From positions 37,510,001 to 37,574,000 of the forward strand of contig OX597826.1 in the NCBI GenBank assembly GCA_951406725.2: DNA of 64,000 nucleotides, in the 5' to 3' direction. Source of the DNA: Octopus vulgaris. Its lineage: Eukaryota. Shown here piece by piece: positions 39,965 through 54,011 of the stretch. Both the position numbers and the translations under genes were made by a program. Position 1 is the stretch's first letter. Every line of letters starts with the position of its first letter. The notes beneath the pieces were generated by a model. The model saw only the letters and a list, made by a program, of their open reading frames with translations, made no database searches and was not told the DNA's origin.

Positions 39965-40775
39965 ATTTATTTCATTTGCCATAAGGGGCGGGGTTGATGC
40001 TGGTGGGCATCACAAGGACAGTCTATAATTTGTGTTGGGGTTTACATAAAAGATGTGCAGGGAAGAAACGGGAAAGACACTAAAGCGTCATAAGAGTGAG
40101 TATGCGTAGTATACAAAGTATGTGGGGATATCAAATGCTGATATCTCCACATACAGAATGAAGTCTAAGTAGGGCCATTCAAAGAACCCCAAACATCCAG
40201 GATTACCCTAACCATCAAAGCACGAGTATTCACCCAAAAGTTGTTCACCAATCGAAAAGCGCACGCTTAGAACAGGTCCATTCACCTAATACTTTCTTGC
40301 TACATCACCCAATTTTCGACAAATTCGCCGGGCGAAAGAGAGACGTGACATTTCGCACTTCACCTTCAATTTCTTTTCCAAGTGGAACTTAAATGTCTGT
40401 GAGGGTTTGATTGAAGAGAAGGGTGTTTTCCCTCAATCCTTTCAGCCTCGTCCACCACTGAACAGAGAACGACAGCCTACAAACAATCCTGTTTGAAATT
40501 TTAAGAATTATTTTTCGAATAAACGCAGAAAATATTATATGAATAAAGAATGTGTATGGGAAGGTCGTAGAAAAGGATCGCAAGCCGTTTTCTTCAAGTC
40601 GAACCAACTGGCAGAAGGCCTGGGAGTTGACCAAAAATGAAATGGTTTGGTAACTTGCGGAGTCTCTCTGTTGGCCACGCTTTGGAATCGAATAAGCATG
40701 TATAATGACAGTTGCTTCTGATGGAACATTATGGATGCGGAGCCTGAGAAGTCAAGGCTCTCAACCCTCCATGAA
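39965..40775 (-). mobile_element. L1/Tx1-type LINE 3' part (ORF2 C-terminus plus 3' UTR)
   Basis: GGLRAL.. and WWTRLKGLRENTLLFNQTL..FKFHLEKKLKVK..LSPGEFVENWV; ends TGTCCTTGTGATGCCC..ATGGCAAATGAAATAAAT then (CAT)n. Confidence 0.75.
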
Positions 40776-41962
40776 ATACGGGATGGAAGAAATGGATGGA
40801 TGGATGAATATTAATTCATTTTACTATAAACCTTACTGTTGAAGAGTGGTGATAAAAGTGAGAGTAGTATTGGCGCCAATATATTACAGATACTTAACTA
40901 TCGACACTTCAGTTATTAGTATTAAATTACCTTAGGAAATACATTGTTAATTGTAGAAGCATTTCATAATAAACTGATAGATGTAGTCGCTAAATACTAT
41001 AATGTACGTCTATAATGAAATATGTTGATGTTCGCCACTGATGAAAGGATATTAGCAATTTAATATTACTACATATCTATGAAGCTAAGAACATTAAACA
41101 AAAGCAGTGTCGAGACAAAATCAAATGAGATTTTTCAATCAAGGTTTGTACACACTGACTGTTGAGGTGAAGGTGGTTCTTTGTTTCTTTGTTGAAAGTA
41201 AAGACACCCACGTTTTCACTTAGCAAGTTTAATTAGAGATATAATGTTTCATATCAATATATCCATAAATTAGGCATTGCGGCAAAGAATGAAAATGATT
41301 GGAGACGGATCTTTGGCTTCATACATTCTCAGTCCATAGCCACAGAAAATGTGGATTCGGATCATTTAGGAGGGTAGCGATATTTAATGTACGTACAGCG
41401 ATCTATCAAAACCAATGTTTATTATAGAGAGCTCCTGTGTTTTAAAGTAATGAAGAGTATTTATACAAATAAGGTGGTGGATTAATATAGTCGTTAAACT
41501 GATTTACTTTATTTGTACCGGTCATCTGCTCTCTGAGTTAATATACCCTCGCAATCTGTTTTACTTTTAATGCTTTTGAAGTTGGTTAAACACGTACCAG
41601 TCCGGCCAAGTCGTGTCCTGAGATTGATCTTTCTTTCTTTCTCTTTCTTTCTCTCTAGATAGTTCATGATATTTAAAGGCGTTACATTGTGACAAGACGT
41701 CAGATTGACTGTCTCTGAAATATATGTCTTTGAAATACTCAACTGCTACACGAGCAGCAATTCATTTGAATGATTATTGAATCATCGTCGAGATGGATGG
41801 AGAATCCGATACATGGAATAATCCTTAGAGAGTTAAGCTTTGACAATTAAGCCGTGAATTGTCAATCACCATCACACACACACACCCACATATATATATA
41901 TATACACACACATACTTATTACATTTACTCATATATACATAAATACATATACATATACACAA

Positions 41963-42005
<43 letters not shown>

Positions 42006-43587
42006 CATATAGAGATATATACACATGTGTGTGGCGGGTGTCTATGTGTGTGTGCGTGTGCGTACGTGCGTGCGTGTGCGTACGTGCATACGTACGTGTG
42101 TGTGTACTGTTAACTCGTTGATTGACATTCTCTTCAGTCCTGACACCGTTCTTGTTTCCATTTTTTTTTTTTTCATTTTCAATTTAGATTCGTATCAGAA
42201 TGTCACACAGATCCCCTTTCTCCCGCTGATGGTTGATAGTTAAGTTGGCTAACTGTCAACTTGTCAAAACTTTGATTCTATTATTTGACATCGTCTTTGA
42301 AAAATATTAGGTGTTTTATATATTAAGATATCTCAAACAATAGATTTTGTTTTTTTGTTTTTTTTTGTATATGTTATACACTTCCCGAGTTCTATTGATT
42401 GAGAAAAGAATAATCAAATCCACCTTCGTGTCACATTGACTCCATAATCATTTGTTGTGAAGATGTAAAACACAAAGCTCTTTCTTATGTTTTGCATTTA
42501 CAAATGCGATTTTTTGATGAACTCAGATGGCTTAATATCCACATTTTTTTTGTCCTGTACACATCCTATGAGACTCTATGGTTTTCTGTTTGTAAAGGCA
42601 TATAGAGTATTATCGGGTGTCTAAGCATTTCGACACTTGAAAATAATAATAAAAAAATACCGTCACAGGTATATCTAAATGTTGTTTGGCCGTGTCATCT
42701 TAAGTAGTAAATAGACTGCCAACAACCTTAACAGTGCAGGGTTATGTACGCTCTAAATGGTCACTCCATTATGAAACCATACATGTCTAACAAATTTGTG
42801 CTTGATTCTGAGAAAGAAAACCAGAGAGAAGTTCATAAAAGCCAAATAATTATATTAACAAAACTAAGTGCAGTCCATTTCCCTAGAAAATTCATAAGAC
42901 TTTAACTGTAGCCGTTTTATATTCACCAATGGAAGAAGCAATGTATCAAGTCGGTTACATTTTCTGACTGAACACAGAAATAATCCAATTGACAGAATAG
43001 CTTAATTGGTGATTTGGCAACATTGTAAACTTCTCAAATAACATTTTCTGAACATTAGAATTTGTTAAAACCTCAGTGGACATCTTAAATAATACACCAG
43101 AATACTACGTTTTGTTATTTAGTTAAACATGTTTATTTCAGTGTACCGAACGCCTAAAATATTTAATCTATTTATCGAAACAATTCCCAGAGTACTGAAT
43201 TAGAAATTAGATCAGTTCCTGTTCTTCAAAGAGAAACGAATTTTTGCTTACAATAAACATTCTATATTGTTAAAAATTATCAGTTCATGTAAGACACAAT
43301 ATAACAACCCTTATGTTGTACAATAACGGAAACTAGAGTATCATAATTCTCATTTATATAGTTTTCAAATAAACATTATCATTATTAATGATATCGTAAC
43401 ATCGATACATCAATAACGGTTGCGACTTCTACACTAATATTTATAACAATAAAAACTTCAGTGTGTATGTTGTGGAAAATACTACGTCAATATATATTTT
43501 ATATATATATATAAGTGCAATGTTGGATACATTTGGTGTTCGTCCGATATGTTGAATTTTGTTCATTTTATTTGTCATGATGATGCC

Positions 43588-43645
43588 TGCACTGACGATT
43601 AGAAAGAGGATTATGTACACTAACTATGAAATCATATGATCTGCG
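43588..43645 (+). ncRNA. Type I hammerhead ribozyme motif with intact catalytic core
   Basis: TGCA-CTGACGA-TTAG..(21 nt)..CTAT-GAAA-TCATATGA-TC-TGCG; palindromic stem III ATCATATGAT; AUC cleavage triplet. Confidence 0.75.
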
Positions 43646-43929
43646 TATGAATCTGTTTTTAGGGGACAGCTTCCAAGTTTCATCCCCTCACTGTCGGTAC
43701 ACTTTATATTTATTATGGTAGTTTTCACTTTAAAAGTTTCTCATAGCGTGACGCATTTACGTGTAGTAATGCCTTTAATATAATAGATGTATTTAAAGGG
43801 AATAATAATCAATTTTTCCCTTATATGGTTTTTCACGCTGACTACTTGATAAATCCTTATATAGATTTTATCCTATATTTAATTATATAGGTATTGAGTA
43901 TTATGCCCACTCATAATAAATGATAGATT

Positions 43930-44330
43930 TTTTCTCAATTAGATTTATAATTCTCTTTTAATCCAACTTATCATAATAATCAACACCTACTAGCTAAGTA
44001 TAAATCTGATGCATATTTGTATATGTTTGTATAAGTGTAAAGGAATCTCTGTATTTTCTATAACTTTTTAGTATATAGTTGGTCATTGTGACCATTTAGC
44101 ATTGACCTAGTTTTCTTGATACAAAATCTGTTTGCCAATTAGAAATAAACAGCATCTAAGGCAATATAATCACCTTTCTACTTTAATTTTTTTAGGAATA
44201 ACTTCTGACATTTATTTCACCCTTACCTACTCCTATAAATAGAAAATCTCTTTTGTCTCCATTCAACTGAATATCCCTCCCCACTTTCCAGCAGTTCAAA
44301 ATAGTTTAAAGAATATTCTTCAGTCAGGAG
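43930..44330 (-). mobile_element. Decayed Penelope-like GIY-YIG fragment (Neptune-like)
   Basis: ELLESGRDIQLNGDKRDF..LYCLRCCLFLIGKQ..MLNGH resembles the Cys linker plus IY.L.C..C..YIG.T..R.N.H. Confidence 0.5.
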
Positions 44331-44913
44331 ATAAATTCTATTACCTTAATGTTCTAAAAATTCAAATCAACATCTCTGTCTATATATCTACCCTCTTAAT
44401 AAAGTTATCAATAAATATCAAAATATGTATATGTATTAATGGAAAACGTCTATAAATGGCTGATGATAGCTCAACATTTTAAAACTGTTGTAATACTTAC
44501 AATGTTTAATAAAATGATGTAGCGTGAAGAGATCGTACCAAATTACCGAAGATATTCTTGTTGCTTTTTTTGATTATAATCAGCCCATGGATTTATATGG
44601 ATAACACCAATACAAAATTCTGGTGCATCTAGCTTAAGTACCATATTCATTTGAATCTAAATTTTGCTGAACTTATATATATATATATATATATAATATG
44701 GTTTAATATATAGAGGAGATAAGAAATGGAGTAATAACTAACAATGAGAAGTGGATCATTGGTGTTTAAAAGGTCATTATTTAATTAAATAATGACTTTT
44801 AATCGCCAATGATCTATTTCCTATTGTTAATTATTGCTCCATTTCTTATCTTCTGTCTGTCTCTCTCTCTCTGTCTCTCTGTCTCTCTCCCTCTATATAT
44901 ATATATATATATC

Positions 44914-44944
<31 letters not shown>

Positions 44945-44949
44945 CTCTC

Positions 44950-45430
44950 TCTCTAAAACTCTTCTCCCTGGAGCGAAAGTGGAAGAGTTATGCAGAGATA
45001 TACATCTGGAAATTCCTGGAAGGCCTTGTCCCGAATTTTGGCATTGAAAGTTAACCCAACAGCAGAACGGGACGCCAATGCATGGTACCAAAGTTCCCAA
45101 CATCACCATCAAAATACAGGACCAGATATTGCAACAGCTAGGGTTTCAGGGGACCACAGCTCTTCAATATCCTTCCTAAATGCCTGAGAGATGTGCATGG
45201 TGTGGATGTGGATTTCTTTGAACCTAAACTCGATCTCTTCTTGTCAGAGGTTCCAGATGATCCTACCTCTCGGCAGGAAACAAAGATACGGGCTGCGGCG
45301 TCGAACTCCCTTAATGACCAAGTGCCACGTATCAGAGGTTGTTTCACATACTAGTGTAGCACATTCAACGGTGGTGCCTCCAGCTTGGCCGCAGCTTTCG
45401 GGCTGAAACATTTTTAATGATTTAAGGATA
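44950..45430 (+). mobile_element. CR1/L2-group LINE 3' end (ORF2 C-terminus plus short 3' UTR), 5'-truncated
   Basis: LKLFSLERKWKSYAEIYIWKFLEGLVPNFG..GFRGPQLFNILPKCLRD..KLDLFLSEVPDDP..RAAASNSL. Confidence 0.9.
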
Positions 45431-45444
45431 TATATATGATTTAA

Positions 45445-45482
<38 letters not shown>

Positions 45483-45576
45483 TTAAATCATTAAAAATGT
45501 TTCAGCCCGAAAGCTGCACAAGCTGAAAACACACACTGTTGTAATGTGCTGTGTTACTAGTATGTGAAACAACCTC

Positions 45577-45577
<1 letters not shown>
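45334..45577. repeat. Fold-back inverted duplication of the LINE 3' end, centred on (TA)n
   Basis: 45391-45430 is the perfect reverse complement of 45478-45517; 45334-45355 of 45556-45577. Confidence 0.9.
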
Positions 45578-45640
<63 letters not shown>

Positions 45641-45662
45641 CATACATACATACATACATACA

Positions 45663-45693
<31 letters not shown>

Positions 45694-46658
45694 TTGTGTG
45701 TGTGTTTCTGTGTGTGTATATATGTGCGTGTGTATGAAAAATTGAACTGAAATGATGTTTCTCATAGTTTATACCAATAACTTTATATTACTTATTTTAC
45801 TCTATATATGCCAAGTGACTTAATGACAAGCATTGTGCTGCAACGGATGAGATCTAAAAGGAACTCTTTCAAAAGATCATGCAGTTATTATTATTGTAGT
45901 TATCAAATTGGTTTCTCGATGAAATTTGTCCTGAAAAACATTTTGGTTTCTAATAGTTTAGATAATCCCTGTTAATCCAAGTGTTTCTGCTGACCACATT
46001 ACATGTGTGATATTTTACCGTGATTACGCTTGATATATGTCTCAAAGCAAACCAAAAAAAGTAGGAGCAAAAGGGCTCAGAGCACCATACACCAAGACAT
46101 TATTGCAACACAATCTCGAAAGAAGTTTACTGCAGAAATCGGCAAACAAATGTAAACTGCACCAAACCAAACCCTGCCAAATAATAAATCAGAAACGTAA
46201 TTCTGACAACTCATCAGAAGAAACAGTAGACAACGTTTGACTTGAACTGCCACTTTCAACTTGGTTGAAAATATTCATTTACTTCAGTCCGTTAAGTTCT
46301 TTATAACAGTGAATGTACTTACAATGTAAGATTATAATGTGGGAAATTATTACAGAAGCAGATTAGTGCTATCACTAAGACATACAATAAAGAAAATAGT
46401 GGGTTTGAAAATATAAAATTCATACAAGTTTAGGATAGACCATAATCCAGGAGGATAATGCGTAAAATATTAAAAAATAAGCATCAGCAAGCTAACTTAG
46501 CATTAAAAATAATTACACATGAGAAAGCATATATAGAAATATAGGTGTATAATGATACATATATGAGTATATAGCATGCATATTATATATATATGCATAC
46601 GCACAAACACACACACACATATATATGTAGATATACTCATATATGCACATATATATAT

Positions 46659-46775
46659 ATATTGCTGTATTTAGGAATGGTCATTTTGCCAGTTTAGCCA
46701 ATAAAAACACACGCACTATATATTTGGTTTTATTGGCTAAACTGGCAAAATGACCATTCCTAAATACAACAATAT
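46659..46775. repeat. Inverted repeat, 48-bp arms with 1 mismatch and a 21-bp spacer, next to (TA)n
   Basis: 46659-46706 versus 46728-46775. Confidence 0.95.
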
Positions 46776-46818
46776 CTGTTTCAACACACGATTTCACATC
46801 AACAATCTTGCAAAACAA

Positions 46819-46874
<56 letters not shown>

Positions 46875-47346
46875 ATGGAAGTACGCATATGCATAACTAC
46901 TTTTATACCGAGCAAGTGTAGTAACTAAAGTTACTGATCTGCCAAGCATAAATTTCAACAATGATGTTATGGAAAGATAAAAGATGTGGCAATATGGGAA
47001 ATCCAATGCAACAGAAATAAAAAGAAAATATCAACATGGAAATAAATAATGTGATATAGAAGACTTAAATTTAGGATGAACAAAAAAATAAAAAATAAAC
47101 AAACATCAATACATAAAGAAAGATTAATTCAACAGGTGAAAAACCAAATCTTGGAGAATATATAGAACATAAAAAGACACTTTATCATTCAGAGAAACGA
47201 AAATTTCTCGAGAAACTTTATAATAAATAAAAATATTACAGTGAATTAAAAAAAAAAATTTACTAAAGCATAAAACATAACTTTATAAGAACGGGAAATG
47301 TTGAGATGTGTATCAAGGCGAAGAGCTTTAAACGTTCTGGAGCAAG

Positions 47347-47377
<31 letters not shown>

Positions 47378-47427
47378 AATGATGACGATGATAATGATGA
47401 TGATGGTGGTGGTGGTGGTGATGGTGT

Positions 47428-47475
<48 letters not shown>

Positions 47476-47556
47476 CGACGATGATGATGACGATGATGAT
47501 GACGATGACGATGACGACGACGACGACGATGATGACGATGATGATAATGATGATAA
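47347..47556. repeat. (GAT)n/(GGT)n/(GAC)n microsatellite
   Basis: Read directly. Confidence 0.95.
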
Positions 47557-47959
47557 TCAGGGATTCAAGAGTCTAAATAAGAAAAATAATGAAATATTCA
47601 ATTGAACAGCAGAAACATTAAACGAATGTCCTGACAGTGGAATACTTAAAAGAATATTAAAGCATACTATAAGATGGAAGCAATAGAATTAAATTGTTGT
47701 GGGAAATAACTTGGTTGAGAGAAAAAAGGAATAAAAAAGATCCAGGGTAAAGCATTACGCCATAGGCCTTAGACACTTGCATAGCTTTGACGCCATGTTT
47801 CAATGCATCCTTTACAGGAGGAGAAGAACCCAACGTGAAAAGAGATTTGCAGCACCTCCATTCTGATTTCATGCCGAACGTTTCCGAGCCGTATGATAAT
47901 TTGGCGAGGTACATGTTAAAACAAAAGGAAAAGACTATCCCCATAAACTTGTATTATAA

Positions 47960-48310
47960 TTTATTTTACATTTTAACAGCTGGGCAGCTTCCCCCCACAT
48001 AGCTTAAAAAAGATAATGGCGGCTAAACTAATGGAAAGTTGAATGAGACAACTATACTGAAAAGAAACTTATCTGGTAGATCAAGAGACAATGAAGATTT
48101 TCGTTAATTGGAGAATTTGGAACTTACTATTTTATGACATAATAGTTAAAACAAAAAATTAAATCAGATAACAGTTAAGGCAAATATTCATTAATAGTTA
48201 AAGTTGCGAGAAAATCTATTTGCGAGGACGACAAAACGGAACATCTTGACACCGAAGGAGAAGTTAAACGTAATTATTATATTGTGTGGATAAATTTATG
48301 AAAGGAACTT
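47960..48310 (+). mobile_element. Possible very old R4/Dong RT remnant
   Basis: DFR..IWNLL..QIFIN..VWINL*K in the expected order (NYRP..WKLL..QLLI..AWIDY.K). Confidence 0.35.
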
Positions 48311-49715
48311 GTGGAAAAGGTTAAATGGAGAATATGAATTACGATTTCAGTTTTGACATTCTTCGATAACATTCATTATTTACGAGTTCTTTCTGAGATT
48401 GAAGAACTGTCATAATTTTCTAACCTTGTTCAGTTTTAAATTTCCAATTTTGATTTTAAAAAATTATTTGATATATTTCGAAACTTATCGTTATATTTCT
48501 GGAATGAAATGAACGGGATTATTTTAGAAAATTTATTATCAAATTCAATTTATATAATTCAGTAATACGTAATAAGATTCAACTAAGATAAAACTTTTGT
48601 TTTATCTGGAAAGCATGGCTATTCAGTGAGGTAACAGTGATTATCTGTCAGTACTTCTTTCTCGAATTTTCTGGAATTCAATCTCATACAACATCATCAA
48701 ATCTCTAAATTTACTGGCCATCACTTCCTCTTAATTTAATATAGAAAATTTTAAAACTATTTATGCTTTAATGTTTATAACTCGTTTCTGATATACCAAA
48801 TACTTAAAATACAGGAAAACTTGTGCTTTGCATAGGATGTTTGTCAAAGTTAGTCTAAGATTAGACGTCTTTGATTCAATAATAGTCTCGCCTGAATGTT
48901 AAGATAAATCTGAAATCGAAAGGGGGAATCAAGGGTTTACAAGATACATGTGTAAACTCGAAATATGATAACTTGAATTTTATTCCCCCGTAACTTGTCT
49001 TGTAAAAACAAATTAACATATTTCCTCAATAGACTATCAGATCCATCGACGTGGAAGAATCGGGTCTCCAACCTTATGACAAGAATATAGTAAATGATAA
49101 TGGTAGCATAATATGAGGGAGACTTGCCTGCATTGTCTAGCAGATTCAGCAACCACTAGCAGCTTGTTAGAGGTTGATAAGTAGTTGTTATTGCTATGTA
49201 TTTCAATTGCATTTAGTAGATATTTACAATATCAGCAAATCTTCTTACCCTAGCGCTCATTATTATGTCGATCGATCTGATAAAAATAGAAGCAAAATCA
49301 CCCTCAAGTGAAAACTATTTGTGCTGACATAAGACAAGGGACAAATTGGATCATATATTTCCAAATGAACTATAAACCGATTAAAGATGAAAAGACCACA
49401 GCGAGAACGTCTTTCGGCAGATGTTTTCTATTTCAGATACGACTCCGAGCTAAACAACAGACACGACCACAAAGCAACAACTACAGCAACAGCCAGAGTT
49501 ATCAGTTCTTTCGGGGTAAATGACCCGTGCTTGTAATGACCATGAAGCCAAATCTTATATCACAAAATACTCGTTCGTCTTTCATATGTAATCAATTATT
49601 GAAGATAGAACTAGCTACTAGTCCTCTCTGTTCTGATAAACACAGAAACAATTTACATTTATATGTGTGTAGATATGTACGGGTGTGTGTATGTATGTGT
49701 CTTTTACTACGAATG

Positions 49716-49767
<52 letters not shown>

Positions 49768-50077
49768 ATACTGAATATATGGAAGCAAAGCTGTGATGTT
49801 GAATTCAGATTAATTACTGCGTAAGATCCATTGATCCCAAATATAAAACACGACTATTACTCAATGCCACAAAAATTCGAAGAGAACCGGTCAAAGGCCT
49901 GATTGCTTGCCACCATGCTAATATATTTTTAATGATTGTTAGAAAAGTCAATTCATTTCCCGTTGCTCCTCACGCATATGAGCTGCTATGTTATTGGCTT
50001 CTGATGAGCTGTTGCATTTTGGGAATCTACTGTGTGTATGTGTAAAACTACACTTAGCTTAATACACAAATATACAC

Positions 50078-50128
<51 letters not shown>

Positions 50129-50634
50129 ATTGTATGTATATATAATGTAAGTATATATATGTATGTTTATATATGTATATATACATATATACATGCATAC
50201 ATACATATATGTGTGTGCAAAATGTATGTACACACATAAATGTGAACATGCTTAAATATGAATGGCTGAGATATTCTGTGTTTGTGTGCGTATGCAAAGG
50301 TGTTTCACTGAAATATCAATGCGCTGCTTGAAGCGCTCTTGCAGTCACTTAACGAAGGTAGTACAATGGGATAAAACACGAAACCCCATGCTTGTACAAC
50401 GAACTTGTTAACTATGTAGCCCTGACGCCGCCTGTGACAATCTGCTTGTTGCGGTCGTTGACCTAAAATCCATAACGGGCACTTATACACATACACACGC
50501 ACACGGACGCACACACACAGACACACATATGTGTCCGTGTTTAGATTAACAGTCTCTTCGTAGTCATAGGAACGAAAATATCTCTATGACGAAACAATCA
50601 ATAACTAAAAGAGCAAAAATATAGTTTATAGCTT

Positions 50635-50665
<31 letters not shown>

Positions 50666-51204
50666 ACAATAACAATTAGAAGAATAAAACTGAAATAAAA
50701 CACTGGCAGAAAATAAAATCTAATCTGTTAAGATGCCAAGAGAAAGGAAAACAATCCAAATTGTTATCTATTATAAACCCATTACAGTACCAAAGCTCAC
50801 CCGCACCAGCGTTTATATCACCCTCTCTATTAAATAATCTTCATTCATCACACATAAACTCCCCATTCTTACTCTATTACTTCACTCCTGCTTCTTTAAA
50901 GCTGTATCTGCTTATCCAAGAATTCATCACTATTTCTTAATTGATCTTACACTATATAAGATGTTCCTTTCCATAACCATTTCTCAGCAATCTAGTAAAG
51001 TACACACTATCGCAGAGATATGCCCTGTCACCTCAACAATGTACCTCCGTAACCTGGATCTCTCTTCTAATTAAGATTGGTAACAATGATAAGTCGCAAT
51101 GCTTACTGAAAGCGTGCCACTTCTGCTAGGTTGCAATCCTTTTCAACGAGTATGTATGTTTTTATTACCAAATATCTACAGCTATTTATAAATGGGTACA
51201 TATG

Positions 51205-51995
<791 letters not shown>

Positions 51996-52000
<5 letters not shown>

Positions 52001-53069
52001 AGGTAAACAGTAAAAATAATTACAGACATGGACAAGAACATGAAACACCACAGAGACGACACAAGAACCACAGGACGGGACATTCGAAGCCCTCAGTCAT
52101 CAGTCAAGAACCAGATCATCTTAGCAATTTCGGCTGATTAATCTTGAGATTGCTCCGATATGGGCAGCCCGCCAAGGGAAATCTAAGCCAAGCGCATTAG
52201 ATCCCCTGGAAGAAAGCTTCGAATGTATACAACACGAGGACGGAAAACGAACGAAGTACACGAACAAAAATACAGAATACGTGACACCAATAAGAATACA
52301 AAAACGTAAAAACAATAACGGTAAAAATAAAAAATAAACAACAAAACAAAACCAGGACGTAGGACAAGGGTCTTTCGACAGGACGAGTTGAGTATGGGGC
52401 TGGCTTATGAAGTTGTGCCTAATGGCCGCAGGGAGACGAACAAATACGTGTTGCTTCGGCGGCTGCTGGAACGAAAAGAGCGCTCAACAGCGGCTAGCGG
52501 TCACGTGAGAACAAAAGACAGGAGAAAGGGACAGATGAAAAGAGAGAGAAGGTGGACGAGGGAGGAGAAGAAAGAGACAGATCGAGGGGGCTGGAGGTGA
52601 GAGAGATAGAGAAACGTAGAAGGGGGGAAGACGGAGGGAGAGGGAAAGACAGGAAGGGGAATAAGGGAGGAGAGAGAGAGAGAAAGAGACAGATTAAGAG
52701 TCGTATCAATGCTAGAGAAAAAATATACTTATCGTATAAGGACAATTGTGGATACGTAGCCGCCGATTATATAGGTAAACAGTAAAAATAATTACAGACA
52801 TGGACAAGAACATGAAACACCACAGAGACGACACAAGAACCACAGGACGGGACATTCGAAGCCCTCAGTCATCAGTCAAGAACCAGATCATCTTAGCAAT
52901 TTCGGCTGATTAATCTTGAGATTGCTCCGATATGGGCAGCCCGCCAAGGGAAATCTAAGCCAAGCGCATTAGATCCCCTGGAAGAAAGCTTCGAATGTAT
53001 ACAACACGAGGACGGAAAACGAACGAAGTACACGAACAAAAATACAGAATACGTGACACCAATAAGAAT
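51996..53069 (-). mobile_element. Non-coding 772-bp element as a partial tandem: identical 302-bp direct repeats 51996-52297 and 52768-53069 (pLTR/retrozyme-like)
   Basis: Repeats identical by eye at offset 772; no convincing protein; embedded in (TA)n; strand inferred from the TA-abutting end and hammerhead-like motifs. Confidence 0.8.
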
Positions 53070-53192
53070 GCTATGGATCATAATTAAAAATACGCTTTCC
53101 ATGGATGAAATCCTAAAATAATGATAACCCTAGGTATAATCAACTAAGCACTATAAACACATAGATTAATTAAAGAATATAAACATATAAAC
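53067..53192 (+). repeat. 126-bp direct copy of 54561-54686
   Basis: One mismatch (53140 T versus 54634 C); AAT microhomology with the element end. Confidence 0.95.
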
Positions 53193-53204
53193 ATATATAT
53201 AAAC

Positions 53205-53264
<60 letters not shown>

Positions 53265-53952
53265 AATAAATGCACACTAATTACACACACACATACACAC
53301 ACATGTGTGTGTGTATTTGCACTGAACAAAGGTGAAATAAGTTAAACTTAACTGTTTTTATCTCATATGTTTCTTCATTTTTCTGGCAATCTTCTTCTAG
53401 TCTTCACCAACATGTAAACAGAATACAAAACTGCTCAAAAATATAAATAAACAAACATTTGCAGATGAATGATTATAATATAAGACTCATTGCTCTAATC
53501 TCTCCCGTGTTCTCTCCTATACACTTGGAACATCATTGTCTTGTGAAACGAAAATAAAAACATATTTGATGACCTGATTCTTCACCAGTCTTCGGGAAAG
53601 AAATACAGAGGAGATTTCAAACATAAATCAATTAGGATTATAACAGCTAATAAAGCTGTGAATTATCGATAGATTATCTGTAGCGCAGTAATATTATAGT
53701 ATAGAAGCTAAAGAATATCCTTTCTGTTTAACAGTTTAACTGACAGCGTGGAAGAGCTCCATGATAAGATGAAACATCGCAGAAAACAACTCGCTATTTT
53801 TTCGTTCATATGTTTAAAGGAAGTTTGTTTTAAAGTTAATTACTGAGAAAAAAATTTTATTTCGAAGAATTTCACCTACCTTTGTAAATATTTGTTTATA
53901 GTGTTTTTTGTGTACACAAAGGTACACACTGTACACATTTCCACGTGGGTGG

Positions 53953-54011
<59 letters not shown>

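Noticed and set aside
44455-44500. CTGATGA followed by AACA/TGTT
   Set aside because: No GAAA in register and no stem I
50305-50482. GC-richer segment with a few hairpins
   Set aside because: Stems are short and irregular; not distinguishable from chance by eye
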